A DNA stretch of 64,000 bases, taken from the NCBI GenBank assembly GCA_964016885.1, contig OZ024751.1, positions 21,638,001 to 21,702,000 on the forward strand, given 5' to 3'. Position 1 is the stretch's first letter; each line of letters starts with the position of its first letter. This stretch comes from Eledone cirrhosa. Its lineage: Eukaryota. Of the stretch, positions 38,372 through 52,965 are shown piece by piece. The notes below the pieces were generated by a model, which had not been told where the DNA came from, ran no database searches, and was given only the letters and a program-made list of their open reading frames with translations. The translations under genes and the position numbers were made by a program.

Positions 38372-41300
38372 GTTTCTTATATAGGCACGGGACCAGCAAT
38401 TTTGGGGTAGGGGAAAGTCGATTAAATCGACCCCAGCTGCATCACTGGTACTTTATTTTATCGACCCCGTAAAGACGAAAGGCAAAGTTAACCTCAGCAA
38501 GGATTTGAACTCAGACCATAATAATAGTGATAATAATAACATGAGATCCTCACCTCATAAGTTAATTTATATGAAGAATTTATCAGAGTTCGTCCATACC
38601 AGACATCAAGGACTTTAAAGTTGGAATCCATCTGCCAGATAACACTCACAGAACATCTGGAATTACACAGTAAATATATAAATGCTTAGCTTCAACATGA
38701 TAAAACTTTGTAGCGAAATTAGGGATATATATTAAACATCATCATCATCATTTAACGTCCATTTTCCATACATGCATTGGTTAGATAGGTCATCACATTA
38801 TGAGACAAGTCAGGTCAGGTGACCATGTCCAGCCCATATGGAACTCTTTCTGGCTCAGTATCTATGGCTGGATACCCTTTCTAACACCAACCACATTAAA
38901 GCATGAACAGGGTGCTTTTTTATTGTGACACCAAAACAATTTCTTTACAGTTTTGACTGGGCACGTTTTGTTGTGGTACCAACACAACCATTTTACAGTG
39001 TGGACTGGGCGTGTTTTGTTGTGGTTACAACACAACTATTTTACAGTGTGGACTGAGCACGTTTTGTTGTGGTACCAACACAACCATTTTACAGTGTGGA
39101 CTGTAATGAAAAAGAGAGAGAGAGAGACTGAGAGAGAACAAGGGACTGAGTGAGATACAGAGAAAGACTGAGAGAGAGAGAGACTGAAAGAGAGAAAGAC
39201 AAAGAGAGAGGCTGAGAGAGAGAAAGAAATTATCTGGAAACAACTTACTTGTCTTCTCCACTGACCAGTGAACACAAATTAGAACTTAGAACTGATGGCA
39301 GCATGTCGTATCGCCGATCTGCAAGGTAAACCGTCGTGGAACGAGATCTGGCTTCTATGTCTGTCATTGAACCTGGCTTCACAAAGTAGGTGACATCAGC
39401 AATGTGGACACCTAATTCAATATCACCATTTGGGAGATGTCTGGAGATAGAATATGATAGGATAATTTGTGACAATAATCTCCTGCTAGACCAGAGAAAG
39501 AGAGAGAGAGCAATGGTCCAGAGAGACTGAGCAACTAAGAAAAGAAAGATGGTTTCTTCAAGCTTTTCTGCTGTAGATGAAATTTCAGGGGCATTGAGAT
39601 AAAGTAACGAATGAAAAATTCTAGATCATCGTCATCGTCATTTTAACATCTGCTTTCACTGTTAGCATGGGCTGGATGGCTTTTCGAGGGTCGCCTCAAA
39701 AATTCATAGGGTGACTATGAACGATTGATGCTAGAGCTGTGAAATCTTGCATGTGTTAATTTCAACTCTTCTTATTAATAACTGCCTTGTTTCTTTCCAA
39801 GGACTATGTTGAAAAATAAACCCCATTTGGTCATCCCATGAGAATATCTTGGTCAGCCTATCCTTGTACATAGACCAAGTCAGTACTGAAGTGTGGCTAT
39901 CAACCTCCCAGACAAGCTAGGGGGTCTGTTATCTTGTTTACATACAGTCTTATGTTCTGGAGTGCACATGGAGTGGGGGGGGGGGGGGGGGGACATGTCC
40001 TTAACACAACTGAAGGGTCCTCTCAACCCTTTGATTGGTAAGCTTTCTATGGCTGGATGCACTTTCTATCACCAACTACTTTACAGTGTGTACTGGCTGC
40101 ATCATGTAGATCACCAACACTGGGGAGGCTGTCGTGACACGACTGAAGGGTCCTCCCAATCCTAGATATATGATAAAAATGATTTTAAGATACTTACTTA
40201 ACTGATAATGTATCATCAACATCTTCACAGCCTTGAGGGTCAATGCTAAATACAAAGTGGCTCTTTCGAAGGTCCCTTCTTTTTGAAAATTCTTCTTCTG
40301 GTATTTTCCAAGGATTTTCTGGGCTTACTCTAGGGAGTTCTTGTAACTGTAAAGGAAAATGAAGAAAAAAATATAACATAACATTGCAATAATTTTTATG
40401 AATTATGGAAGTACTGTGTAAATAAGTTTTAAAATGTGGGAATCCCAAACGCAGAAAATATCTGTAACAATAGTCGATTGCTATAAATAATAGCTTAGAA
40501 AATCAGGTGAAAAAAAAACTCTTAGAGATGGCAAAAAGTGTTATTTGTTCTGGCTCTTTATATTTTAAGTTCAAATCCACTTGAGGTCAACTTTGCTTTA
40601 CATCCTTCCAGGAATAGATAAAATAAAGTACCAGTCAAATACTGGGTTGACTTAATCATCTTTGCCCTTTCCAAATTTTCCAGGTCTTGTGCCTAAGTTA
40701 GAAATAATTAACAGACCATTACATCTCACAATGATCAGGTACTTATCATCACAAAAACAGAAATTAGTTCCATCGTACCAAAAGACATTTGTTGTTGTTG
40801 TTGTTGTTATTTAACCCTAAGTCAGTTCTGAAAGAGGAGACTTATGATCATAGGCATTCCAGCTATGACTATTCTATTTGTCATTTGAACATTGAACTTT
40901 GCATATCTAGGACTACATTGTTCCTCCCTTTTCAAGATGGTAAGGTGCAATTTAAAATAGATATCACTGCTACTTCTAGCAAAATGAATGATCATGTGGA
41001 GGCTCCTTTGTTGGTTTACCAAAATACACCACTGCAACAAAAAAAAAGAGACAGATTTTATCGATTTTCACTTACCTGAGCATCTGCAAAATTTCCAATA
41101 AATATATTGTTCTCAACTAGAATTGTGGCAATCTCTGTTTCTGGGTCTCCGGCAGGTCCTAATGTTCGGACAAAATGTCCATTGGGGTACTGGGAACCTA
41201 ATTCCCAAGAATCAATCCTTACCACAAACCTAAAATGAAATATAGTTCAAACAATGATTGAATTTGAATAAATATGATAATACACCACCATGTCCACAAT

Positions 41301-42046
41301 AAAAACTACCCTCTCCATTCTATAAGAAAACAATAAAAAAGCACCCTCACTAACTCATAAGCCCTCAATAAAAACCACCTTATTCCCCCTGCAAGCTAAT
41401 GATAAAAGGAACCCAGTCCACCTTGTAAGGTGATAGTGCTGGAGCCACAATTAAATGTTCCCAGTACACACTGTAAAGTGGTTAACATTAGGAAGGGTAC
41501 CCAGCTGTAGAAACCAAACCAAAAATGGAACATGAGCTAGACCTGGAGGGAGGTAGGGAGGGGTGAGGGAGAGGGCAAGGGAGGAAAGTATTTTGAAGTC
41601 CCAAGTTTGGTAGAACTGACTGGTGCCTTGGGCAAGTGTCTTCTATAGGCTCAGACTGACCAATGCCTTGTAAGTGAATTTGGCAGATGGGATTCTGGGA
41701 AAGCCTGTCATTTGTATGTCTGTTTGTGTATGTCTTTACTTCCAAAACACTGTTAAGTTACTATACTGAAAATTATGAGTTGGCATCAGGAAGAGAATCT
41801 GACTAGAAATTTGCCATGGATAAAACACTGTACACATATTTATTATCATTATCATCACCATCATCATCATTTTACGTCTGCTTTTCCCTGCTTGCAAAGG
41901 TTGGACGGGTCCTATTCAGCACAGCATCTCTCCTCTTGTCACGGTCCTTCGTCATCTCCTTGGTGAGTTTCAGCGATCTGAGGTCTGCTCTCACCACCTC
42001 CGCCGATGTTTGTCGTGGTCTACCTCTACTGCGTCTTCCCTCATTA

Positions 42047-42080
<34 letters not shown>

Positions 42081-45000
42081 ATACACACATGCACACTATA
42101 AAGTAGTCGTATTCATGCCATGATAAAAAGCACCCAGTCCACACTGTAAATGTGGTTGGCATTAGGACAAGCATCTGGATAAAAATAGAATAAAATAAAT
42201 AAGCAGATAATTACCTTTGATCTTTGAGGTTCTCAATTTGACGGGTACATATACGAATTTTTGGTATCCGGTAATCCCAAGGAATTGCTAAGACACGGTC
42301 AGCTCTTCGAGGATTTTTCTTTCCTTCCGATTCTTTATTCTACAAAATACAAAACAGAAATAACAGAATAAAGTAAGAATGATTCCAAAGTTCTGGCAGA
42401 AACACAATATCATCACCATATCACCATCATCATCATCATATCACCATATTATCCTCACTGTTTAACATTTATCTTCCATGTTTGCATGGGTTAAAAAGGC
42501 TGTCATAAGCTGAGGCCAGACTGGTCAGGTGACTACGTCTTGCTTATATACTCCATTTTGGCTTGGTTTCTATGGCTGGATGCTTTTCCTAATGTCAACC
42601 ACTTTACAGCATGTACTAAGAGCATGGTTTCTATGGCTGGATACTCTTCCTAACACCAACCACTTTACAGTATTTAATGGAAGCATTTTATTGTGACTCT
42701 GCTACTACTACCTTACAGGATGGACTGGGTCCTTTTCATTATGGCACCTAAGTGTGCATGTGTGTATACATGTGTGTGTGTGTGTGTTAATGAGGGTTGG
42801 CAAAAATCAATGTGTTTAACAAAAATACTTTGCATTATTTCAATCTGATTCAGTTACATTCATTTATACCTGCTAACAGGGTGTCTGTCATTTTTTTATA
42901 TTGAACTCAGAATGTAAAGGGCCATAACTCTATGCCACAAAGCATGTTGTCCGACGCTCTACCAATACTGCCAATCCACCACTCTCCACTTCAGCAGTTA
43001 TAATGGTTTCTTATATAGGCACAGCAATTCTGGGGGAAGGGAAAGTCGATTAAATTAACCCCAGTGCGTGACTGGTACTTTATTTTATCGACCCCATAAT
43101 GATGAAAGGCAAAGTTAACATTGGTGGGATTTGAACTCAGATCATAAAGGGCCGTAACTCTATGTTGCAAAGCATGTTGTGCGACGCTCTACCGATACTG
43201 CGAATCCACCAGCCTTCACCTCAGCAGTAATAATAAAATATATTACCTCATCTGTTACTAAAGAGGCAGCGTAATCACGAGAATTTCTTTGAATGATTCC
43301 GACCACTTTACCGTTTGGCATCACGTTTGACATATCACATTCTTTTTCTTCTGAGCCTGTTGAAGTAAGAAGACAATAATAACAGACAACAAAAGCAAGA
43401 AAATAAACTTTTATTGTATCAAATATTATTAAATGGTACTGGGTAACACTGGATGGTACTGAAACCTCCCTCCTCTTACTTTTCAATGGGACACCCTCAG
43501 ATGTACAATGATCATCATCATCATCATCATCATCGTTTAACGTCTATCTTCCACGCTAGCATGGGTTTAGACGGGAATTGACCCACGTGAAGCAAGATTG
43601 GTTGTCGTGCTCGTATAGGACTGTCTGGCAGGTCTTCTACGGCTGGATGCCCTTTCTAACACCAACCACGTTTACAGTGTGGACTGGGAGGTTTTTATCG
43701 TGTTACCTACATGGCCACATTACAGCGTGGACTGTGTGTTTTTTTTTTTGTCGTGACACCTACACGACCTCTTTTATTTAGGACTGGATGTTGTGGTACC
43801 AACATAACTTTACAGAGAAAGGGGTGGTGTAGATGGGGGTGGGGGTGGGGATAGTGGGATATGTCTCTTAGAATTATTGCAAATTAGAATGACACCCCCT
43901 AGAATGTTCTGAAGCCCACCCCCTCCTTCCTCTTCCCTCTTCCACAGCACCAAATCCAGGTGACAGACCTTAAAGAAATGGTTGAGAATCACAGGCATAT
44001 TAGATTCCTTCTTTGATGGAAATATTTATAGTTTGTTGTTATTGTGACCCCTTAATGATATAAATAATCTCTGAATCATCATATGTAGTCCCAGGTAAAT
44101 GACTCCTAATGGTACATAATCTCTCACTCACCATATCTAGTCTCAGATAAATGCCCCCTAATACTAAATAACCTCTGACTTACCATATTTAGCCCCAAAT
44201 AAGTGACCCCCTAATACTAAATTATCTCTAACTCAATATATTTAGCCCCAAATAAGTGACCCCCTAATACTAAATTATCTCTAACTCACCATATTTAACC
44301 CCAAATAAGTGACCCCCTACTGATAAATAACCTCTGACTTACCATATTTAATCCCAGATAAGTGACCCTAATACTAAAGTACCTCTAACTTACCATAATT
44401 ATTCTCATTAAGAGACATTGATCTTCCCCTCCATTCAGACTTTGGTAGAAATTCTACAACGACCAGGTCACCATGAATAGCACGGTTACGATGAGGCATT
44501 CCATAAATTAATATATCTGTATTATCACTTTTGATATCAGAACAGCTGAAATTTAGCAACAAATAAAGCAAAACTGAAAAAAATATACTTATTATTATTT
44601 CATATACTTAATACTTTAAATATTCCCCTACTTTATTTATTATCATACTTTTTCTTAACAATAGCATAGTTAGATATATATATCATCATCATTGCCTTTA
44701 TGTCAACTTTTCCATGCTAGCATGGGTTGGATGGGACTTTTTGAAGCAATGTTTTACAGCCAGATGCTTTTGCTGGCACAACCCTTTTAGTCACTTAGAT
44801 GTACAGTGTATCTATTCTAGACCAGATACTCATGAATATATCATCACCGTTTAACATCTATTTTCCAAATACACATATAAAAAGATGAACAGGAGGAATG
44901 TATGTATATACACATATATATATATATGTCTATATATAGTTCTCCCATCACTGATGTACAGCAATGAGACGTGGCCCATGCTTGCTCACAACCTATGCAA

Positions 45001-48000
45001 ATTAGAAACCTTCCATCAACGTTCTTTGCACCAGATACTTAAGATAAGATGGTGGCACAAGAGGACAACTACAGTTGAAACAATGATCTGGAACGGCCAT
45101 GTAGGTTGGCTTGGCCATGTATGCCAAATGAAAGATAGTCACATTCCAAAGCAACTCTTGTTTGGTAAATTAGCAAGTGGCAAGGGGTGCATAAGCTACC
45201 CATATAAGCACTGGAAGGACTGCATTAAAGACGATCTGAACGCCTTCAATTTCAACCTCTCAACATAGCACAACCTGACTGCAGAGTGTAGTGCCTGGAG
45301 GAAGCAGACAAAGAGTGGTTGCGCTCTTTCAGCAAGCTGAAAGGTGCCAAAGATAACATCATAATGAGAGTCCCTGTCATCAATAATGACAGGGATGAGA
45401 AGAAGAAAAGAGAGGAATATATAACAATGACAGCAGTTGTGAAAGTGTGTAAGTCTAAGTTTAACAGACCTACTACGCTGTAGAAAAGCTTCTCTTTGAG
45501 CATCATGTTTGTTGACATTCAAGTGACCTTTGATGAAGTGACCAAATTTGATGCCAGCCTCAAGACACTGCATTGGAAGATAACCCAAATATTCTGTTCC
45601 TGATGAGAAAAAAAAACACATAATTGATTTTTTAAAAATAATAAATAAATATATAAATAAATAAATACACCAAGAATTTAAAAAGGAAAATTATTAGAAT
45701 ACTAGATCAAATCAGACTGGATTAGACTGGATCAAAACCAGATTGGATCAGGCTGGACTGGTTGAGACTGGATTGAACCAGATCAGATCAAACCAGATTG
45801 GATCAGACTGGATTGATAAATACAGGCAGATAGATAGAGACAGTTACCTTTTTGTTTACTATCAAGAGATGCACAAAGAGATGTGTATAAGTCCATAATT
45901 CCTGGAAGATCTTCCCAAAAGCTTTTCATGTAATCATCCATTGTTAAAACAAAGACATTCAAAGTTTTACATCCAAATTCTTCAATCATCTGAAAACCAA
46001 TAAAAGAAATTTAGCAACAAATAATTAATAATTGGTGGTGGTAGTGATGATGGTGGTGGTGATGGTGGTGGTAATAGTGATGATGATGGTGGTGATGGTG
46101 GTGATGGTGGTGGTGGTGGTGGTGGTGGTGGTGGTGGTGGTGGTGGTGGCAACGATGATGATAATGATAGTAGTGGTGGCAGTGGTGGTGATGATGATGG
46201 TGGTGGTGGTGGTGGTGGTGGTGGTGGTGGTGATATGTTGATAGTTTGAAAAGCTGTTGAGGTATTGTAAGAGAAGATAGTTTTAGTAATGGACTCACCT
46301 TTAAATTATCAGTGACCATTATAATTGGCATCTGACCACAGAGATGGTTGTAATACCATTCTGACACTTTATAACAACATCTACAATGGAGACAAGAAGA
46401 AAATAGAAGAAGGAAAACGGAAATATGATGGGAATGAAGTGGGTGGTGGTGCTGGTGACAGTGGTGCTGGTAATGGTAGTGGTGGTGTCAGTGGTAGAGG
46501 TAATGGTGCTGGTGACAGTGGTGCTGGTAATGGTAGTGGTGGTGTCAGTGGTGGAGGTAATGGTGCTAGTGGTGGTAGTGACAGTGGTGCTGGTAATGGT
46601 AGTGGTGGTGGTGGAGGTTGTGGCAGTGTCAAGTGGCAATGGCAGTGATGTTGATGGTGACAGTGGTGGTGGAAGAGGAGCAAGAGGGAAACTATACTAT
46701 CTCAATATGGCTGTGTTTACTAATGGAAATAAAAAAAAGAAACCCTACCTCGTCTGCCATTGAGATGTTGATTCTTTTGGTTGTCTTTCGCAATAAACAT
46801 CTTCATGGAATTCATTACAGAACTGAACTGATCCTTTACGGGGATCATCCAGGAGAGCTTTCAGTCTTTTCACCTGCCGACTGTTCCCATCATGTTGGAC
46901 CTAAATGGAACAACAGCAGGAGGAAGAGGAAAAAGAGGAATTATACAGTTATTACATTGTATTTTATAAACAAAGTAATGTTTCTCGTTATTTACTTATT
47001 TAAGGGTGGTAGATTAGCAGAATTGGTAGAGCATCAGACATGTTTTGCAGCACAGAGTTTAAGTCCTTTTGCGTTCTGAGTTCAAATCCCACTGAAGTTG
47101 GCTTTATCTTTCATTCTTATGGGATCGATAACATAAAATACCAGTAATGCACTGGTGTTGATTTAATCTACTTTCTCCTCCCCCCAAATTGGTGGCCTTG
47201 TGTCTAAGTCGGAAAATATGTTTTAGTTATATCTCATTATTTACACTGTATTCCTAAACATAATAATGTCTCTCATTCCGTGATTTTGGTGGTTAACCCT
47301 TTAGCATTTACATTACTCTATATATTCTATTGTATTTTCATGATAAAAGCTTTACCTCACATAATTATCTCACATAATAATCAAATCTATGAGATTTTGA
47401 TATTAATTATTTTGAGAACAATAGCTTAACATCAGTATGAGTGGCCGGTTATAGCTAGTTTGAACAGAAAGAAGTGAGAAAATTCTGGCCGGATATGGTC
47501 AGTTTAAATACTAAAGAGTTAAGGTGATTATGGTGATGGTGGTGATGGTGGTGATGGTGGTGCAGCTGGTGATTTACATATTTACATCTGTGTAGAAAAG
47601 TAAATATTTTGTTTGCTTGGTTTTTAAATATTTCATCTCCAAAACTGCTGTGAATAGCCTTAAAAGCTGAATGTCTTATAAAAAAAAAAAAAAAACATAT
47701 TAATCAAAATGAAAACTTACACTGTTAACAACTGTTTGGGGGAAAATAATTCCTTTTATCTCAGGAGTTTCCCATATTTCCAAGTAGTCCCTACATATTT
47801 GACTGTCCAAAACAACATAATGTGATACATCAAGTGATAAAAATATATCGTTCTCTGGGGAAAGAAGAATAAATATAGAAACATCATAGATTTTTAAACA
47901 TCAACAGTCATACAACATATTACAATATCAACAATCATGCAAATTAATTGTAAAGAAAACTCCAAGAGTGCGAAACTCCGACGTCCAACCTACTTTCCGA

Positions 48001-48650
48001 CGACTTTCCTTGTCAGATTTGTTGAAAACAGGAAAACCCTAGGAAGAAAATTCCCACTGAACAGGAGAGGGGTGTAGTTCTGTAAATTTACCAGGTTGTG
48101 AAGCTTAGAAACAGACGGGCAGACAGACAGTCATTTACATCGAGAGAGAGAGAGAGGGGAATACAGAGAGAGAGAGGGGGACAGAGAGATAGGGGGGGGC
48201 AAAGAGAGAGGGGGGACAGATATATATATAGAGAGAGAGAGAGGGGGGGGAGTGTGTGTGTGTAAGGGAATCAGATACATTTAATAATCAAAGGGAGGTA
48301 ATTCTTGAAACATACAGAAAAAGGCTTGGATTCCATTCGAAGTGTTTCAAAAATTACATTAAAAACAAATAAACGAACTAATAAATAAATAAATAAATAA
48401 ATAAAGCCAGAGAAAGAAACACTAAAAAGAAACTAATAAATTATATTTGGAAAAATAAAAGAAACATCAGCGTATTTTACATCAACTTTCACAAATTCAG
48501 CAGACGATAATTACTTGTATGTGTGTGTGCGTGCATGTTTGTGACTGTATGTTGCATGTGTGTATACGTGGTTCTGGGTGTATGTGTTTCTGGTTGTGTG
48601 AATGTATGTGTGTTCGTGTGTATATGTGTATGCACACGTTACTTTAACTG

Positions 48651-48685
<35 letters not shown>

Positions 48686-51609
48686 CTTGTTGCCTGCTAC
48701 TCCGGTTAGAGTGCATCCTCCTCCTTTAACTCATATATTAACTGTCTCTTTCTGTTTGTCCCTTCTCTCTCTCTCTCTTAATCGTAGACAGAGAGGGAGA
48801 CAAAGAGAGAGAGAGAGAAAGAGTGAGTGAGTGTGTGTGTGTGTACGTTATTGTTGTTGGTTTGATTGTTTGCATATGTGGTTGTGTGTGTAAGTCTATG
48901 TGTGTGTTCGTGTAAGAATGTGTATATATGAATGTGTGCGTTCCTTTAACTATCTCCCTCTCTCTCTCTCTCTCTCTCTCTCCCTAGCCCTCTCATTCGT
49001 TGCCTGCTACTCCGGTCAGAATGCATCTTGCACGGCTCTGAACAGTTTCCAGGCAGTCAATGTTCTGAGCAAGATAGGGCTTCCAGACTGGTGATGCAAA
49101 TTCTAAGTGTGGCCGCACCATAGCTATATACAGCTTTAAATAGCTAGCTGGAGAGCGGCTAACAAAGGTCTTGCTGAGTGATGCTAAGATACCCTCGGCC
49201 TTCTTGACAATTTTAGAGACGTGCTTCGTCCAACGCAAATCACTGCTGACCGTAATGCACGTTCACACTCTGTTTCTTAACACTCATTTCTTAAGATGAG
49301 TAAGTCTTCTTTTTTGGAACTCAATGACGTGAATATGAGCCACTGGCATGCCAAGAATGTGTCTTTCTTTGATATCTTTCATCATTTCAGAAAGCTGAGC
49401 CTTAAAAATCCAGGCAACTAAATCTGGTCTGTTTTCTGCTGCTTCATTTTGATTTAAATTATTTTAAATATCAAGGCATTTAGGGTTGCATGTAGAAGTT
49501 ATAAAAATATCTGGCTTGCCATATTTGGCAACAATTGTCATAGAATCCTGAAAATATTGATGCATGTTTCTTGAGCTGCCAGTGAAAGACAATGGCAAAA
49601 TAACTGGCATTCCAGGCTCAGTGTTATCATCTTCTCTCTTTAGATAATCCATTAATCCATTGTACGCATCCACTGACAATTGGGCTTGACTGTTCCTCAA
49701 GTAATCCTCTACTTTCACATAGGCATCCACTACATATTGTCTATAAGCTATATGGTATATTTAATACTCCTGTATTGTCAGTCTATTGTGGACACAGGTC
49801 CTACGTTCTTCTGCATGCTGCATGCCACTATGCCACCCAAATTCACCAGGTGGAAACAATAAAGGGTAGGTCATGGAGTCTACGTGGCATGAAGTATGTT
49901 ATTTTTTGAGAAGGATGGTGTTTAGAGTAGATGACAATATCTCTGTGTACAGGTGGTGCACCATCTATCCCTACAAATACAACAGTTATTTCATTGCTAG
50001 TTGGTAAATTGTAGTGTTTCATATCTGATCCTCTTGTAAATCTTAATTCATAGTTCTGTATGAGACGATTTTCTCTTTTTGTTCTTCTTGTTCTAAGACA
50101 TGCATTGTTTTGTACACTTCAACATATGGATTACATTCATGCAACACCTCACTTATCAAAGTCATTATTTGCAGTGCTTACAATCCTTGTTGCACAGCTT
50201 TATTTGCATCAATAATATAGCTGGCCATATTGTGGTGTATTCTACGCAGGGTACAGGGGTGTAATGTTTGGCCCTGGATACGAAAACAATATGGGCCTCT
50301 TCCAGGTGGTAAGGCACGTTTAACTCTAAATGAAGCAAAAGAAAATGCACAGTTGTAATTGCAGACCTTCCTGCGAAATGCAACTGATTCCTGGCCTCCT
50401 TCAAAGTCTTTCAGGCTATATTTGCAATGGAGGCAACACAATTTTACCCTTATTACAAAAGTTATAATTTTCATTTCTAAATTTCAAAGCTCCACAATGA
50501 TCACACAAATCATTCATATTACCAATATGAAATTCTTCAATATTTCCATTAATATTAATTGCTGGGTAATTTCTCCTACAAGGCTCATTATGCATTCTAT
50601 TTTATCTGAAATTGAGCAGTTGTTCAGCATTCATGTTTTCTATACCAAGTCTATGCACATCTCTTTGCTGCTCAAGATAATGTGCTTGTTCATTCTTATG
50701 CAGGTGATCTCTCCTTTCTTGTTGCCTAAGCCGATCACATTGTAAATGTAATGCATGTTTTTCTGGGACCATATTATCTCATTTTTCTTCTTGTCTGAGT
50801 CTTTGTTACTCCAGATATTCTTGATGTTTATCTTGAAGCATATTTTCTCTTTGTTTAGTCTAGTTAGCTCTAAAACGATATGACTCTGTTCTTCATTCAT
50901 TTCCTCATGTCTCTGTTGAGATCGTCTTCTTTCCCTTTCTATTATTTCTTCTTGCTGTTCTTGCCTGATAAATGTTCTGTACACATTCACACACTCAGCA
51001 GACGTTAATTACTTAATCTGATTTATGTGGTCATTCTTGGACACCGCATGTCGCTTTTGACACCATACAGAGAGAGAGTTTATATGAGTTGAAGGAGGGG
51101 GAAGCATTCTATCTGGATTAGCAGGCAACGAGAGAGAGAAAAAGAGGCAGAGAGACAGGGAGAGAGATATAGTTCAAGGAACGCACACATACACATATAC
51201 ACATTCACACACGCAAATACACACACACATGTATGCAAACATGCAAACACCCAAACCCACAAACACACCTACACACATGTACACACACATGCAGCACACA
51301 ACCAGAAACACGCGCGCGCACACACCGACACACACAAGTAATTATCGTCTGCTGGGTTTGTGAATGTGTTGAGCGAGAATACCTAGGTGTTTCTTTTATT
51401 TTTCCCAATATAATTCATTAGTTTCTTTTTAGTGTTTCTTTTTCTGGTTTATTTATTTATCTATTTATTAGTTCGTTTATTTGTTAATTATGTCGTAACT
51501 TTTAAATCGATCGAACGGAATCCAGACCTTCCTCATGTTTCATGATTTACTTCCCTTTCATCCTTAAATTGATCTGATTCATACATATTCTCTCTCTATC
51601 TTTCTCTCG

Positions 51610-51663
<54 letters not shown>

Positions 51664-52928
51664 CAGCGATACATTTAAGGGAACATATATACACATTCAC
51701 ACAGACATACACATAAATACACAACCCCGTATGCAGACACGAAAACCTACAAACAACCACGTACACGCACACATGCATACACAAGCACAAACACATGCAT
51801 ACACACACACACTCTCTCTCTCTCCGATAAATAGAAAGAAAGATAGTTAATATATGAGTTGAAGGAGGAGGATGCACGCTAACCGGAGTAGCAAGCAACG
51901 AGTAGGAGAGAGAAAGAGTGAATAAGAGAGAGGATGAAAGATAGATACAGTTAAAGTAACACGCGCATACACATATACACAAACACACAGAACCACGTAC
52001 GCAAACACCTAAACCAACAAACACGTACAAACACATGCAGCACACAATCACAAACATATGCATGCATACACACACACAAGTAATTATCGTCTGCTGAGTT
52101 TGTGAAAGTGTTGAGGGAGAAATCGCTGTTATTTTTTTTATTTTTCCAAATATAATTTATTAGTTTCTTTTTAGTGTTTCTTTCTTTGGCTTTATTTATT
52201 TATTTATTTATCTATTTATTTATTAGTTCGTTTATTTGTTTTGTTGAAGGTGTTTTAATGTCTAACTTTTAAACATTTCGAAAGGAATCCAAGCCTTCTT
52301 CTGTATGTTTTAAGATTTACCTCCCCTTGACTGTTCAATTTATGATTCCCTTACACACATACACTCTCTCTCTCTCTCTCTCTCTCTCTCAATCTGTCTG
52401 TCTCCCTCTCTATTTCTCTCTCTCGATTTAAATGCCTGTGCGCGCGCGCGCGTACAGAACTACACCCCTCTCCTGTTCAGTGGGAATTTTCTTCCTAGGG
52501 TTTTCCTGTTTTCAACAAATCTGACAAGGAAAGTCGTCGGAAAGTAGGTTGGACGTCGGAGTTTCGCACTCTTGGAGTTTTCTTTACAATTAATTTGCAT
52601 GATTGTTGATATTGTAATATGTTGTATGACTGTTGATGTATAAAAATCTATGATGTTTCTATATTTATTCTTCTTTCCCCAGAAAACGATATATGTGTTC
52701 AGGGAGAATACGCTGATATTTCTTGTTTTTCCAAATATAATTCATTAGTTTTTTTTTGTTTGTTTTTTTTAATATTTCTTTCTCTGACTTTATTTATTTA
52801 TCTATTTATTAGTTCGTTTATTTGTTTTGTTGGTGTTTTAATGTTGAAACTTAAACATTTCTGTATGTTTCAAGATTTACTTCCCTTTGACTGTTAAATT
52901 TATCTGACTCCCATACACTCTCTATCTT

Positions 52929-52965
<37 letters not shown>

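Larger units (their letters stand above)
47843..52694. repeat. Long inverted repeat (47843-48084 vs 52453-52694, near-identical; weaker extension inward) enclosing the Helitron
   Basis: Direct reverse-complement comparison: ~240 bp with two mismatches seen. Confidence 0.9.

Noticed and set aside
46319-46763. Gly-, Thr- or Pro-rich ORFs in several frames
   Set aside because: GGT-based degenerate repeat inside the intron between DIS3L exons 3 and 4
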